NCBI GenBank assembly: GCA_000002435.2
Contig: CM018790.1
Origin: Giardia intestinalis
Taxonomy: Eukaryota
Length of the DNA stretch: 64,000 nucleotides
Direction: 5' to 3' (one strand)
Shown here: piece by piece, positions 1 to 10,081 of the stretch
How the letters are laid out: every line of letters begins with the position of its first letter
Numbering within the stretch: position 1 is the first letter of the stretch
The notes under the pieces: generated by a model
Database searches by the model: none
What the model saw: only the letters and a program-made list of their open reading frames with translations
Told to the model about the DNA's origin: nothing
Program-made: the position numbers and the translations under genes

Positions 1-1418
1 AGGAGTCAGGCTGACGGCAAGCTTGTTGGTAAATAAGTCAGTGAGCAATTGGCTGAACGTGGCGCTCTCCTGCAGCTTATTGAGTTGTTCAGCACTAAGG
101 TGCATGTTGGAGAACTCAGGTAAGCGCATTCGTGAATGAATGACATTATACGTCTTTTCTGCAAGTAGCGTAAACATAGCTTGGAGAGATGGCAGGTTGT
201 GCCCAAGTGCTTCGGGAAGTGTTTCTCGAAAGAGCTTTTCAAAGAAGTTAGAGAGGCTAAGGAAAACTGCACTTAATGACACTGATGGTTTGGCATCCTT
301 GTTAGCAGAGTTGAGAATGGCGGTAAGAACCGCAGGTACGGCACTGATGCTGGAGTGTACTCTAGCGTCGGCAGTAAGAGAAGCTTCAAGTGTCAAAAAG
401 AGCTGTCTACGCTCCTCTTCAGTGTCTGTCTCCAGAACACGCTCTGCGATCATCTGATACAAGCGCTCAGAGCCACTGGGATGAATTAGTGCTGAAAGTA
501 GGGCCGCACGTAGTTCATCGGCTGTTAAATTGTCATCTGGATCTGGCGAATACTCTAGTGGAATGTACTCAATGAGAAACTCAAAGACATTTTCATCTGC
601 ATCATCGTGAAGCTGAGACAAGGTCTCTTCACTGATAGAGAAACTGTAGTGGTGGAGTGATAGCCCGCATACCTCGTTCAGAGTGGGGCAGAGACACTCG
701 TTGATGAGTAAAATAGCGAAGTGCAAGTACTCAATGAGTGTTCGCAGAATGGCAACAAGCTTTGCTACTAGGAAGATTATCGCCCCGCTTCGTTCTCCAC
801 GAAAAGCTAAGGTCAGCGTTTTCAGTAATTCAGTGCCTGCCTTATAGCCATCGACAAGATCTACTACCGTTTTAGACGTGCCACTCGATCTGGAAGATGA
901 TAGCTCTCCTCTCGTTTCCAGCCAATCAAGGAGCAGGGTGCATATGTTCTTCTTAGCCAAAACTTTTGAGTACGTGATGCGTGGACTAAGCTTGAGAAGT
1001 TTGTTCATGTATCTCCGCATAAGAGATACTTCAGCAAAAGACTGGTCGCTCAAAAAAGCCTCACGAGCTAGAGGAAGAAGATGCTCTGCCACAGCTCCTG
1101 CTTCTAAGAGTGACGAGCACCGAGATATACTAAACTCTGCTAGGGCTGTCTGGATTTCTGCATCCAGCAAGGGCTTACTTTTGGAAATTGCTAGACTGAC
1201 CAGTTCGACAATACGGCATGACTGTGCATCCTTATAGTTCTTCCCAGTGTTCTCTGCGATCTTAATGAAGGCAAGAAGGCATTCTTTTGTGGCGAACGAT
1301 ACCTGCGAACGAATGTCATCCAGCGCCTCCTCGGATGAGATGAGGTTTGTGTAGCTTGTGATCAACCGCTTGAGATCTTCATCGATATCAGGAGGGACAG
1401 CAGAGCCCCTAGCAGTCA
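1..1418 (-). CDS. Hypothetical protein, 5' part of gene (N-terminal ~472 aa; ORF runs off the window start)
   Basis: Manual reverse-complement translation from ATG at 1416-1418 (MTARGSAVPPDIDEDLKRL...) gives an open frame with no stop to position 1. Not in the ORF track because it is truncated. AT-rich initiator shared with the divergent gene at 1438. Predicted all-helical, no recognisable family. Confidence 0.5.
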
Positions 1419-1437
1419 TTGGAATTTAACGATTTTT

Positions 1438-2283
1438 ATGGGCTTGCTTGGTCCACAAATGCCAACTTCTTTTCGACTGGGCACACTTTGCGAAGACTTC
1501 ACCTCTGTCTCGCAGACCGCCCCTAAAATACTAAATTTAGTTCTAATGCCTCAGACCCCAGAGCTCATAATAGAAGAAATTGACATAGAGCGAGAGTACA
1601 AAGACGAGATAACGTCACTGCAGTCTGCCCTTGACCTGGAACGACGCACAAACGCACGTCTACTACAACGCATCGCAGAGCTCGAAAACGAGCTTCTGAT
1701 GGCCCGGTTGCCAAAGGCATGTGAGCAGTGCAAGATTTACTGTCAACTCCTTGATGAGCTACAGAAGAAGTCTGAGCGGCGCGACCAGGAGCTTGCTGCA
1801 GAGGCCTCGCAGCATCCAGTTCCAAGCGGGCCTGCACGCGCAGTGTACAGTGCTATTCAGCCGCTCCCAGCTCACGCAATAACATGCGAAGAGATAGAGC
1901 CACTTCTCTTGACTCTTAGCAAGCAAAGCCCTCGCAACCAGATACACGGATCAGGCGGCACTCCTCGTCGGCAAACCCCTAGAAACAGGCGCTCTCCACG
2001 GTCTCGGTCGGGATCAGCCACCAGGACCAGAACACCAAAGTCCCGATCAGGGTCTACAAAGATTGGGCCTCGAAGCGGTAGCACTCAAGGAGGTTCGGAG
2101 CAAAATAAAAGCAAGCGGTCACCAGGCAACAAAAGAAGCTCACAGGGAATGCGGAGCGCCAAAATAGTTTCGCAGATACCAGATCACCCCTCAGGAAAGA
2201 AACGCAGCACCTCCAAGCCTTCCAACCCACGCAACTCCCAATCCAGCGTAGCAGGAGCACGGCCGGTTAGATTTGGATTCTAG
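1438..2283 (+). CDS. Hypothetical protein: N-terminal coiled coil, C-terminal Arg/Ser-rich (SR-like) basic tail
   Basis: 281-aa ORF with ATG start. Coiled-coil heptads (LQSALDLERRTNARLLQRIAELENELL). Tail RRQTPRNRRSPRSRSGSATRTRTPKSRSGS. An alternative start at internal Met (MPQTPELI, ~1546) is possible. Confidence 0.5.
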   Translation: MGLLGPQMPTSFRLGTLCEDFTSVSQTAPKILNLVLMPQTPELIIEEIDIEREYKDEITSLQSALDLERRTNARLLQRIAELENELLMARLPKACEQCKIYCQLLDELQKKSERRDQELAAEASQHPVPSGPARAVYSAIQPLPAHAITCEEIEPLLLTLSKQSPRNQIHGSGGTPRRQTPRNRRSPRSRSGSATRTRTPKSRSGSTKIGPRSGSTQGGSEQNKSKRSPGNKRSSQGMRSAKIVSQIPDHPSGKKRSTSKPSNPRNSQSSVAGARPVRFGF

Positions 2284-2309
2284 CTGCATGAAAGCTCGCC
2301 GTGCACTGC

Positions 2310-3428
2310 CTATTTCTTTTCCCCTTTCTTTCCCTTTTTCTTTTTCTGGACGCTAATGTTGGCTTCTTCGCCTGAGAGAAGCGCAAGTAAATTCGTGTAG
2401 CCTGCGTCCGCAGCGAAGTCAACAGCCTTGAACCCCTGCTTGTTACGGATGTGGCCCTCCTTGTCTAAGAGAAGCTCACAAATGTCGCGATTGCCCACAG
2501 ATGCAGCCCACATCAGAGCGCAGCTGTTATCCGCTGGACAAACCATCCCTGCCTCGTATGGAGCCAGCAATTTAGCAATATCATACGCTCCGTGTCTGGC
2601 AGCGCTCATCAGGGCTGTCCAGCCGTCCATTTTTGTCAATTTGGCTTCGTGGGGTACAAGGACTGCCGCAGCATCGAGGTGTTTCTCCTCAACCGCCCCC
2701 ATCAAGGCGGTCCAGCCTGCAAGCGTCTTGAGTCCCTTCTCAGATGGAGCTAGGAGCTTCACGATATTTGTGAAGCCATTCCCTGCAGCAATCATGAGTG
2801 CAGTGACCCCTGATCGAGTTTGGATCCCGGCCTCCGACTTCATAAGAATCTTGACGGCGTCCTCAATCCCGTTTTCTGCAGCCGTCATAAGAGCCGTCCA
2901 GCCATCTCGGCGCCTAGAGCCCGCCTCCCGGGGCGCTAGGATCCTAACAATCTCCACGTTGCCATTCTGCACCGCTTCCATGAGGGCCGTGTTTCCATTT
3001 TTTTGCTGTAGGCCCGCCTCCTTGCCCACGAGTAGCGAGACACAGTCTGCATGACCAAGATGAGCAGCCAGCATCAAGGCAGTGACACCGTTTGGCAGCG
3101 CCATCGTAGCTTCAGAATTCAGGAGGGTCTTCACGGTTCTGACATCGTTCATGATTGTGGCTCGCATGAGGGCGGTGAAGATGTACTGACCTTTAGAGGT
3201 CAGGATGTCATAGATTGCATTAGTCCTTTCCACATTATGCACTACAGCGATGCCAGCGCCCGCCTCCTTCGAGTGGAACCCCTCCTTGTCCATAAAAAAG
3301 TACTGGTTCAACTCCGGCTCTGTGGGAGGCTGTACCTCCATTCCAGTCCGTGGGTCCACCAATCGTTGATTGGTTATATAACAAGAGTTTGGAAGCGCGG
3401 GAGCGTTAGCAATGGGCTGCAGATTCAT
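2310..3428 (-). CDS. Ankyrin-repeat protein (Giardia protein 21.1-like), Lys-rich C-terminus
   Basis: Repeated 33-aa ankyrin units (GNTALMEAVQNGNVEIVRILAP..., DGWTALMTAAENGIEDAVKIL..., GWTALMSAARHGAYDIAKLL). The track start at 3431 is TTG, so the start is moved to ATG at 3426-3428, which is preceded by AT-rich sequence. Confidence 0.8.
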   Translation of the reverse strand: MNLQPIANAPALPNSCYITNQRLVDPRTGMEVQPPTEPELNQYFFMDKEGFHSKEAGAGIAVVHNVERTNAIYDILTSKGQYIFTALMRATIMNDVRTVKTLLNSEATMALPNGVTALMLAAHLGHADCVSLLVGKEAGLQQKNGNTALMEAVQNGNVEIVRILAPREAGSRRRDGWTALMTAAENGIEDAVKILMKSEAGIQTRSGVTALMIAAGNGFTNIVKLLAPSEKGLKTLAGWTALMGAVEEKHLDAAAVLVPHEAKLTKMDGWTALMSAARHGAYDIAKLLAPYEAGMVCPADNSCALMWAASVGNRDICELLLDKEGHIRNKQGFKAVDFAADAGYTNLLALLSGEEANISVQKKKKGKKGEKK

Positions 3429-3464
3429 CAATAAATTTTAGCGGAAATTTAGTAGCGCAGCCTT

Positions 3465-3941
3465 CTACTCTGACTTGAGCATTCGGTCGTAGAATGCGAA
3501 TCCTTCTGAAAAGTAATACAGATAGTTATCAATATTGTACCCGTTTGTAGCCATGAAGAATTTTGAGTTCCGAAGCCTCTCGAGCTTTGCAATCTCCAAC
3601 TGCTTGGGAATCCGTTCTATGCGCCGCTTTGTTGCTGCCTGTATGCCAGATTGAGTTGGAAGCACGGAAAGGATGTGCCGATCTGTGAGACGGAGCATCC
3701 TAGGCTTCCCGGGGACTAAGTAGAAGGCGGTAATATCCCTAGCAATGGAGTTAACTATCTGCTTAATCATTCCACTGAAGAATTCGTTGATCTCCCGCAC
3801 CTTTTGAGAATCACTTCCAGCGGGGTCCTTGGCGATTAGAAGGCCGTTTTCCTGCAAGTATGTAACAGCGTCAAATAAAAAACCAGACAACGCATGATTC
3901 CCTGCCCCGGTACTAACCCCCGCAGGGTTCAACGGAGCCAT
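3465..3941 (-). CDS. Hypothetical protein (158 aa)
   Basis: ORF 3465..3983. The internal Met (MAPLNPAGV) at 3939-3941 is preceded by a typical AT-rich initiator (cttttaaaaagtttcagaATG), so I take it as the start. No recognisable domain. Confidence 0.45.
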   Translation of the reverse strand: MAPLNPAGVSTGAGNHALSGFLFDAVTYLQENGLLIAKDPAGSDSQKVREINEFFSGMIKQIVNSIARDITAFYLVPGKPRMLRLTDRHILSVLPTQSGIQAATKRRIERIPKQLEIAKLERLRNSKFFMATNGYNIDNYLYYFSEGFAFYDRMLKSE

Positions 3942-4074
3942 TCTGAAACTTTTTAAAAGGACAGTACATAGAAGAGACTGCATAGAGAAGACTTCGTTTA
4001 CAAGGCATTTAGTTGGACAGAAAGTAGCCAGCGACGATGGTTGGATCGGCTCAGCGCATCAGACGGGGATTAGA

Positions 4075-4650
4075 TTAAAGGTACTTGGAGAGCCACTTAA
4101 AACCGTCCGTGTAGCCAAACCTATTTATTACGCTGCAAGGAAAGACTTCAAGAGGCCTCTGATCACTGCGAAGCTTGGATCCGCCCTTTCCGGTGAGCAG
4201 ATGCTGAATACCGAAACTTTGGACCATGGTCTCCATGGACACGGCTGTCTGGATATCAACCTTGTTGCTCAGGATGAGAATAGGGGTTGTCGCCAGGTCG
4301 TGGTTGTCGAGGAGCTCTTGGAGGGTGCGTCGGCTCTCTTCAAATCGCGATGGATCTGCGGAGTCAACGAGGAAGACTATCCCGTCGCTGTTGGTGACAT
4401 ATTGCTCCCAGAGTTGTCTTGCTACCTCGTGGCCACCGAGATCGAAGGTCTTGAACCTGATGGAGCCCATGACTAGCTCCTGTGATGTCGGCTGTTGGGT
4501 AGGGGCCACTGTAGTAGTGGCAGAGTTCTTGAGCATAGCTAGAAGTGTAGACTTCCCGGCGTTGTCAAGCCCCACAAACACTATCGTGGCCTTCTTCTTA
4601 TAGAGCCCAAGAAAAGACAGTGCCGACTTGAACCAGTCACCAAAGCCCAT
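4075..4650 (-). CDS. SAR1: Sar1 small GTPase (COPII coat recruitment)
   Basis: 191 aa with a Sar1-specific N-terminus (MGFGDWFKSALSFLGLYKKKATIVFVGLDNAGKSTLL), switch/G3 DLGGH, G4 NKVD and Sar1-like length. ATG at 4648-4650. Confidence 0.9.
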   Translation of the reverse strand: MGFGDWFKSALSFLGLYKKKATIVFVGLDNAGKSTLLAMLKNSATTTVAPTQQPTSQELVMGSIRFKTFDLGGHEVARQLWEQYVTNSDGIVFLVDSADPSRFEESRRTLQELLDNHDLATTPILILSNKVDIQTAVSMETMVQSFGIQHLLTGKGGSKLRSDQRPLEVFPCSVINRFGYTDGFKWLSKYL

Positions 4651-4667
4651 ACTTTTTAAAAGTCTAA
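4651..4667. promoter_or_regulatory. 17-bp AT-rich bidirectional initiator between the divergent SAR1 (-) and DDB1/CPSF160-like (+) genes
   Basis: actttttaaaagtctaa lies between ATG 4650 (-) and ATG 4668 (+). It matches the A/T-rich Giardia initiator-type core promoter. Confidence 0.5.
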
Positions 4668-7600
4668 ATGAGCGAAACGCTCCTGACTATCAACACGGTC
4701 CTATCGTCAGGCGCTGTGATAGCTTCGTTCAGAGGGCGGTATTCTGCTGGTGCATCTACTGACGAGCTGCTAATCGTCAGGTCCAACTGTTTTCAAATCT
4801 ATGGAGTAGAGTGTACAAAGTCCGCAGATGCAGCAGGGACCCCCATGGAGGTGTTCCGGCCACTACTAACGGTAGACCTAATCGTTTCTATCGATAGAGC
4901 ATGCCACATTCCAGCGATTTCCTTTGCGAATCAAACGTTTTCACAGGATTTACTTCTCCTTGTCTCTAGCACTTTGCACATCAGCTTATATGGATTTTAT
5001 GGTAATAGTCAGGCGCTTAATTACGTGGAGCTGTTAAATCTCAACCTCGCATTCTATCTGGCCACAGAAGGCCGCATCCCCCTCCCCATACCTAAGAAAT
5101 ACACCATGTCACTGGCGGCTGTTTCGGTGGTACCGACTATGAGTGCTTTAATTTGCTTTTCATACAGAGATTCCCCAACCATCGCGGGCCAGCTAGTGTT
5201 CATTTACTTATTCAACAGCGCCCTCGGGAGCAATTCGTCGTTGAAAAAGAACGCCCACAAGGCAGATGAGCATATCCACGCAAGCATCATTCTCCCAAAT
5301 AAGAACACGGAGACAAGCCAGGTCATAGATGTGAAGCAAGTATGCTTTCTAGAGTCACCTCCTCTTTACGAGCGCTCGGGGGAAACTATGCTCCCAGTCT
5401 TATGTGTCAATGGAAACAGCGACATCTGCTCATTTGAGATATGCCGTGAGTCATTTTTCTCCAGCCCGCAACTACATGGAATTGAATCGCGTATTAATCT
5501 GATAAAACAGGGAATTAAGCTCATGGATGGTCCGTTTTACATGCGTGACCTACCGTTTGGGTCGGTTTTGTGTCCTGTACACTTTTATATAGAGTCACCG
5601 GATGCACTAATGATGTACTTTCCTCTTGCAGTGGCTACCTGCGATTCGTTCAGCCTTGTTCTCAAAATGCGTGACTCCTACAGCATATCGTTTAGAACTG
5701 CAAATCAGCAGACTTTTAAGTCCCTTCATCCACAGGCAGTACCTCTAAATGTCACACAGATAGAAAACAGCCACATTTTTCTGATAGCTTTTGATGATGG
5801 CAACCTTTGCTATGTCTATCTTGACGTTGGACAGCTGTTCATGGTTGCAACTGACAAGAATGAGGAAGACATCAGCAGCACACTGACCACCACGGAGACC
5901 ATATACAGTAACGGTGTAGTAACGCATGCATTGCGTGCCAGGATTTTCACCACAGGCGTGTTTACGTGGCCTAACTACGGGAAGGAGGGCAAGATGTTCC
6001 GGCTCCCTTCATCTATTCATCTGGCATGTATACGGAAACGCCGCTACGGCTTGGTCAGGTCTCGCGGCAGCTCAGGTAAAGCAACATTAAGCCTACTGGA
6101 GGATGCTGCCTTTGCTACTGCGGCGGCACAGCAAGACCAGGGCACGTCTCCAGGATACTTCCAATCGGAGGAGAGCATTAGGCAGGATATGGCATCCGAC
6201 GAGGTCCTCATTTTCCTTGGGAGTCAGACACTCGACAGTACAATTACACGAGTGCAGCTATCAAATCTGTGCAAGGCCCATAACCTTAATGTCGAATGTG
6301 GAAAGGCCGGAAAGCAGCTGTTTGAAACACCCAAGCACGAATCTCTCTACCAGCTAGATCTCATCAACCAGCAGCTGATTCAGGGCGTCGGAGCCGTCCA
6401 AGATTTGTCTCATATCGAGAGCGGGCTTATTTTGACTGCTAGCTCACATGGACGAGACGGCAATCTTGCCTTGATGGAAAAGGGGATGCTCATTAGAAAC
6501 ATGGGAGACGCGAAGTTGCCGAATATGAGCATCGCCAATCTCTTCTTCTACCACTGTCCAGTTGACGCGCAATACTACATCGTTCTGGTTTCAAAGGCAG
6601 GTGATATCTCCATTTATCAAATAAAGCTTGCCAGCAGTTGCATGCACGGAAACCTCCAGAGGCAGAGCCAGCACAAAACTCGAAAACTATCGCAGCTCTC
6701 CGTCACATCGACCAAATCCATTCTAGGGCTTCTTCAAACAACCACTGGCTCCAGCCTACCAAGAGATATAGAGAACCATAGCCTAGTGGACTTTGTTCAC
6801 GTGCCAGATTCGCGAACAATATCTTCTCTGGCTGAAATTGATTTTGAAACCATCAGACAGAAGCACCCCGACTTCGGGATTTTGCTGTCGATGAGTACGC
6901 TCTCTATAGATACGAATAGGCGCATTACTATACGCTTATATAGAGGCGGCGTTTGCGTGGATAATTCAATTCTTTACAAGTTTAGCTCCACAGTCCTCAG
7001 CGGCAGGATCTACAAGGAGTACATTGTCGCTAGCGGTGCAGACAAGAGCATGTTCATAATGAGGGTCAGAACAGATACGCAACCATCCACTGCTCTTGTG
7101 ATGCTCAACAAGTACACGGACGTTCACGTCGCCACGGTGTCCATGGACACCTTAGATGCATCCAGGAACGTATATGCAGCCTTCTTTGGCATGCAGAACA
7201 AAACCATTTTGATATACGCTTTCGATAATTGTAACATGGAAGTTACATCTCTTAGTCCCATTAAAGTGCCGATAGTGCCGTTTAGCGTCTTGCTACTTTT
7301 GTCTGACACACTGGGAAAGGCTCACGAATCGCCAAACGTTGACGTGCTAGAAGGAAAGCTGGTGTTTTCTGGACTAGATGGGTATATCGGCATAATACCC
7401 TTTGAGGTCAGCCAAAAGAAATCCAAGCGAGCCTATACATACACATTAAGCACCTCCAAAATCAATTCAACCACGATCCTGAAGAGTCGTGAGGGGAAAA
7501 TCCCCCTTCAGCTCTATCATGTAATGGACTCGTCCAGTTCTTTTATGGTCCGCGGCTCGCACCTCTTCTACGCCACAATTAGGAAAGAGATTGACCTTAC

Positions 7601-10073
7601 AATTACCAAGCCAAAAGGCACAGATGACGTCAGCTGGCGTATCAACGTCATTCGCATGGTTACAAGGCCCTTGAGAACTATGGTGATGGTTGTTCCGCTC
7701 CCCGTAGAACTGCAAAGGCTGATCTTCAACCATATTGAATGCAATCTGATAACTCCGTACCAATGTTGCATCGAAGCATGCGACGAAATGACGCGTGCTT
7801 CTGTCTATGGCATGACGACCCGCACAGCCAACCGATGCACGGATCTGCAAGCGCAAACTCTAAATACCCTCTTCCTTGTGCTCCTGAATGGACAGCTAGA
7901 GATGAACTCACGCTTCAACACGATACACACGCCGCTGGGGGCATCTGCGGAAGTGCTCCATGGAGACGGACAATGGGGCGAAGGAATAGCCGTCAATCCC
8001 ACGTTCGGATACCACACCGTCCATCGCACATGCCATAAGTCGAGCAAAATCGCTAGCTCAGAGGCGTCTGAAGACCACAAGACTGAGCACAGCGACATAG
8101 GAAAGCAAACGTCAGATGCAGATACGAATGCCACCACTGCTCTTCCATGGTCACGGTATGTGGCCATTCTTCTGCCAACAACAGAGATGCAGATGTCAAT
8201 TATCAGATACTTGCTGCGCAGAACACCTTTACAGATAGAACATGATGCCATCTTGGATCAGAGAAACCACTTCGCGCTGCACACAGAGCAATATCTGAGC
8301 AAATCGCAGTTACGATTCATTAATAGATCGAACTTTACCGTAACCAACAAGATAATCCTTGGAACGGGGCTGATCTGTGTGACGTTCAAGACATTCTCAC
8401 TGAACGGAACAATATACTTAGTGGCTAGTTTGTTTGCAGGAATAGATATTAGCCTTCTACAGGCGGACATAAGCCCGGAAATAGGGGCTGGTGCAGAAAA
8501 GGACATTTCCTCTAATATAATTCGTGAGAAGACAACCATCAATGTCAACGCAATAGAGTCCGACATAACGAGCATAGATACACCCACACTACCGACGCAC
8601 GATCACACCATGCTGAGCTCATTTCCAGGTCCCGACCCCGTAGATGCAGAGGTGATAAGTAACAACAAGATCAGGCCACAAGGCATGTTTCCAAGGCTAG
8701 TATTCTGGGTGGTCCATGAGAACATGCATTATCAATGCGTTGGAATTCTTCCTCTCCCAAGTATCTGTAATTCCATCATAATAGATAAGAACTCAAGTAC
8801 AGAGTTCTGCACAACGCTGGTCTGTGTCGTTGGTAACAGTTTGACACGCTACTTTGTCCATGCCACTCCCGAGCTTCCTGTCGAATCCGCCAGGTCCGTT
8901 AGTCTTTCCACTAAAGACCAAAATCCCATGAAAAGCATGCCTCTAATTACTCTAGAAAATGCTGCAACATATGCCAGCGAACAAGCGAGCAATGTGGACG
9001 TCGATACTCTGTCGTCTGCATATCCCGAACTACTCAACACTGAAAAGCAGTCTCTCTTTTTCAGAATTCCTAGTCAGTTGATGGGGCGGCATGAGGGTAA
9101 AGATGGTGGCGAAGAAGAGGTTGCTACGTGTCTCTCGGGGGCGCAGGAGCAGTTATTAGGGTATGAATTCAGGGCAAGATCCATGAAGCATGATCACGAT
9201 CCCATCTCCACTATCTCAGCAGATGACGTTAACATGATTTTCACTGTACCACGGTCAAAGTATGAGCTAAACGTTACAACGGCAAACTCCGTCCCCCTTG
9301 TGGATAAATTTGATGCTTCGACGATAGTAATGCTCGATAACGATGACAGAACGGCCTCCGTTGCATGTGTTATCAATAGCGGAATTATATCTCTGTACGA
9401 TTTTAAGCTGAATTTGCTGTATTATGACGAAAAGGGCATATGTGCAGATGTGAAAATAGTGTGCGGAATTTCGTCCTCAATTGCAGGGGCGCGCTTTAAG
9501 TCCCCCAATTGTTTCACGTTTATTGCTATAACTCGTGAAAACATGGTGCATTTTGTAGTAGCCAACTTAGAGGACGCATTTTCGCAGGTGCGCAGCATGG
9601 ATTCAATAGCCGTGCTATCCCACGATACTGAGCTGAAGATCAACAACATAGAATCCAACGCCTCTGCTGTATTATCCACTCCGGAAAAGACGTCAAGAGT
9701 GACCATACTTGCCTCCTATCCGTCAAGGCATAACATCACATGTGTCCACAGCTATATGAACGACTTAGTGCACATGGGGACAGACTCAGGTGCAGTTGTC
9801 TCCATCAAGGCAAATGCTACGCAGCTCCTGGCTGCATTGCAGAATAAAATGATTTCGGTGATAGCAGAGAAGTTCAATCTATCGGGAACTGCTTTCGATC
9901 CTGGGCATCTTAAGAAGCTCTCCAACCGAGCAAAGGAGTGCAAGATTATAGACGCGGATTTTCTGAGCCAGTTTTTAACGTTGAACACTGAGCTCCAGGG
10001 AACGATAGCGCGGAGCCTTAATATGACTGTGGAAGACATTGAGGAAGCCCTTACGGAGATCTATTATCTCTAG
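4668..10073 (+). CDS. Large beta-propeller protein of the DDB1/CPSF160/SF3b130 (CPSF_A) family, divergent (1801 aa)
   Basis: The C-terminus (LLAALQNKMISVIAEKF...IIDADFLSQFLTLNTELQGTIARSLNMTVEDIEEALTEIYYL) matches the conserved DDB1/CPSF160 C-terminal helix pattern (LLxxxQNxL ... FIDGDLIExFLxL ... EDLxxxVEELxR). The N-terminus (LLIVRSNCFQIYGVE ... DLLLLVSSTLHISLY) fits the family's first propeller blades. Size is compatible with three propellers plus insertions. Confidence 0.45.
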   Translation: MSETLLTINTVLSSGAVIASFRGRYSAGASTDELLIVRSNCFQIYGVECTKSADAAGTPMEVFRPLLTVDLIVSIDRACHIPAISFANQTFSQDLLLLVSSTLHISLYGFYGNSQALNYVELLNLNLAFYLATEGRIPLPIPKKYTMSLAAVSVVPTMSALICFSYRDSPTIAGQLVFIYLFNSALGSNSSLKKNAHKADEHIHASIILPNKNTETSQVIDVKQVCFLESPPLYERSGETMLPVLCVNGNSDICSFEICRESFFSSPQLHGIESRINLIKQGIKLMDGPFYMRDLPFGSVLCPVHFYIESPDALMMYFPLAVATCDSFSLVLKMRDSYSISFRTANQQTFKSLHPQAVPLNVTQIENSHIFLIAFDDGNLCYVYLDVGQLFMVATDKNEEDISSTLTTTETIYSNGVVTHALRARIFTTGVFTWPNYGKEGKMFRLPSSIHLACIRKRRYGLVRSRGSSGKATLSLLEDAAFATAAAQQDQGTSPGYFQSEESIRQDMASDEVLIFLGSQTLDSTITRVQLSNLCKAHNLNVECGKAGKQLFETPKHESLYQLDLINQQLIQGVGAVQDLSHIESGLILTASSHGRDGNLALMEKGMLIRNMGDAKLPNMSIANLFFYHCPVDAQYYIVLVSKAGDISIYQIKLASSCMHGNLQRQSQHKTRKLSQLSVTSTKSILGLLQTTTGSSLPRDIENHSLVDFVHVPDSRTISSLAEIDFETIRQKHPDFGILLSMSTLSIDTNRRITIRLYRGGVCVDNSILYKFSSTVLSGRIYKEYIVASGADKSMFIMRVRTDTQPSTALVMLNKYTDVHVATVSMDTLDASRNVYAAFFGMQNKTILIYAFDNCNMEVTSLSPIKVPIVPFSVLLLLSDTLGKAHESPNVDVLEGKLVFSGLDGYIGIIPFEVSQKKSKRAYTYTLSTSKINSTTILKSREGKIPLQLYHVMDSSSSFMVRGSHLFYATIRKEIDLTITKPKGTDDVSWRINVIRMVTRPLRTMVMVVPLPVELQRLIFNHIECNLITPYQCCIEACDEMTRASVYGMTTRTANRCTDLQAQTLNTLFLVLLNGQLEMNSRFNTIHTPLGASAEVLHGDGQWGEGIAVNPTFGYHTVHRTCHKSSKIASSEASEDHKTEHSDIGKQTSDADTNATTALPWSRYVAILLPTTEMQMSIIRYLLRRTPLQIEHDAILDQRNHFALHTEQYLSKSQLRFINRSNFTVTNKIILGTGLICVTFKTFSLNGTIYLVASLFAGIDISLLQADISPEIGAGAEKDISSNIIREKTTINVNAIESDITSIDTPTLPTHDHTMLSSFPGPDPVDAEVISNNKIRPQGMFPRLVFWVVHENMHYQCVGILPLPSICNSIIIDKNSSTEFCTTLVCVVGNSLTRYFVHATPELPVESARSVSLSTKDQNPMKSMPLITLENAATYASEQASNVDVDTLSSAYPELLNTEKQSLFFRIPSQLMGRHEGKDGGEEEVATCLSGAQEQLLGYEFRARSMKHDHDPISTISADDVNMIFTVPRSKYELNVTTANSVPLVDKFDASTIVMLDNDDRTASVACVINSGIISLYDFKLNLLYYDEKGICADVKIVCGISSSIAGARFKSPNCFTFIAITRENMVHFVVANLEDAFSQVRSMDSIAVLSHDTELKINNIESNASAVLSTPEKTSRVTILASYPSRHNITCVHSYMNDLVHMGTDSGAVVSIKANATQLLAALQNKMISVIAEKFNLSGTAFDPGHLKKLSNRAKECKIIDADFLSQFLTLNTELQGTIARSLNMTVEDIEEALTEIYYL

Positions 10074-10081
10074 ATCTGTTT

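Noticed and set aside
140-1237. Plus-strand ORFs 140-457, 390-575 and 878-1237
   Set aside because: All lie inside, and antisense to, the long open minus-strand frame (1-1418) that runs off the window edge.
2428-3054. 208-aa plus-strand ORF, and similar ORFs at 24649-25440, 43652-43852 and 44066-44380, with repeated ...IRAVQPS/RAVWPV... motifs
   Set aside because: They lie antisense to ankyrin-repeat genes. The periodic motif is simply the ankyrin repeat read on the wrong strand. The sense-strand ORFs are far longer and have proper initiators.
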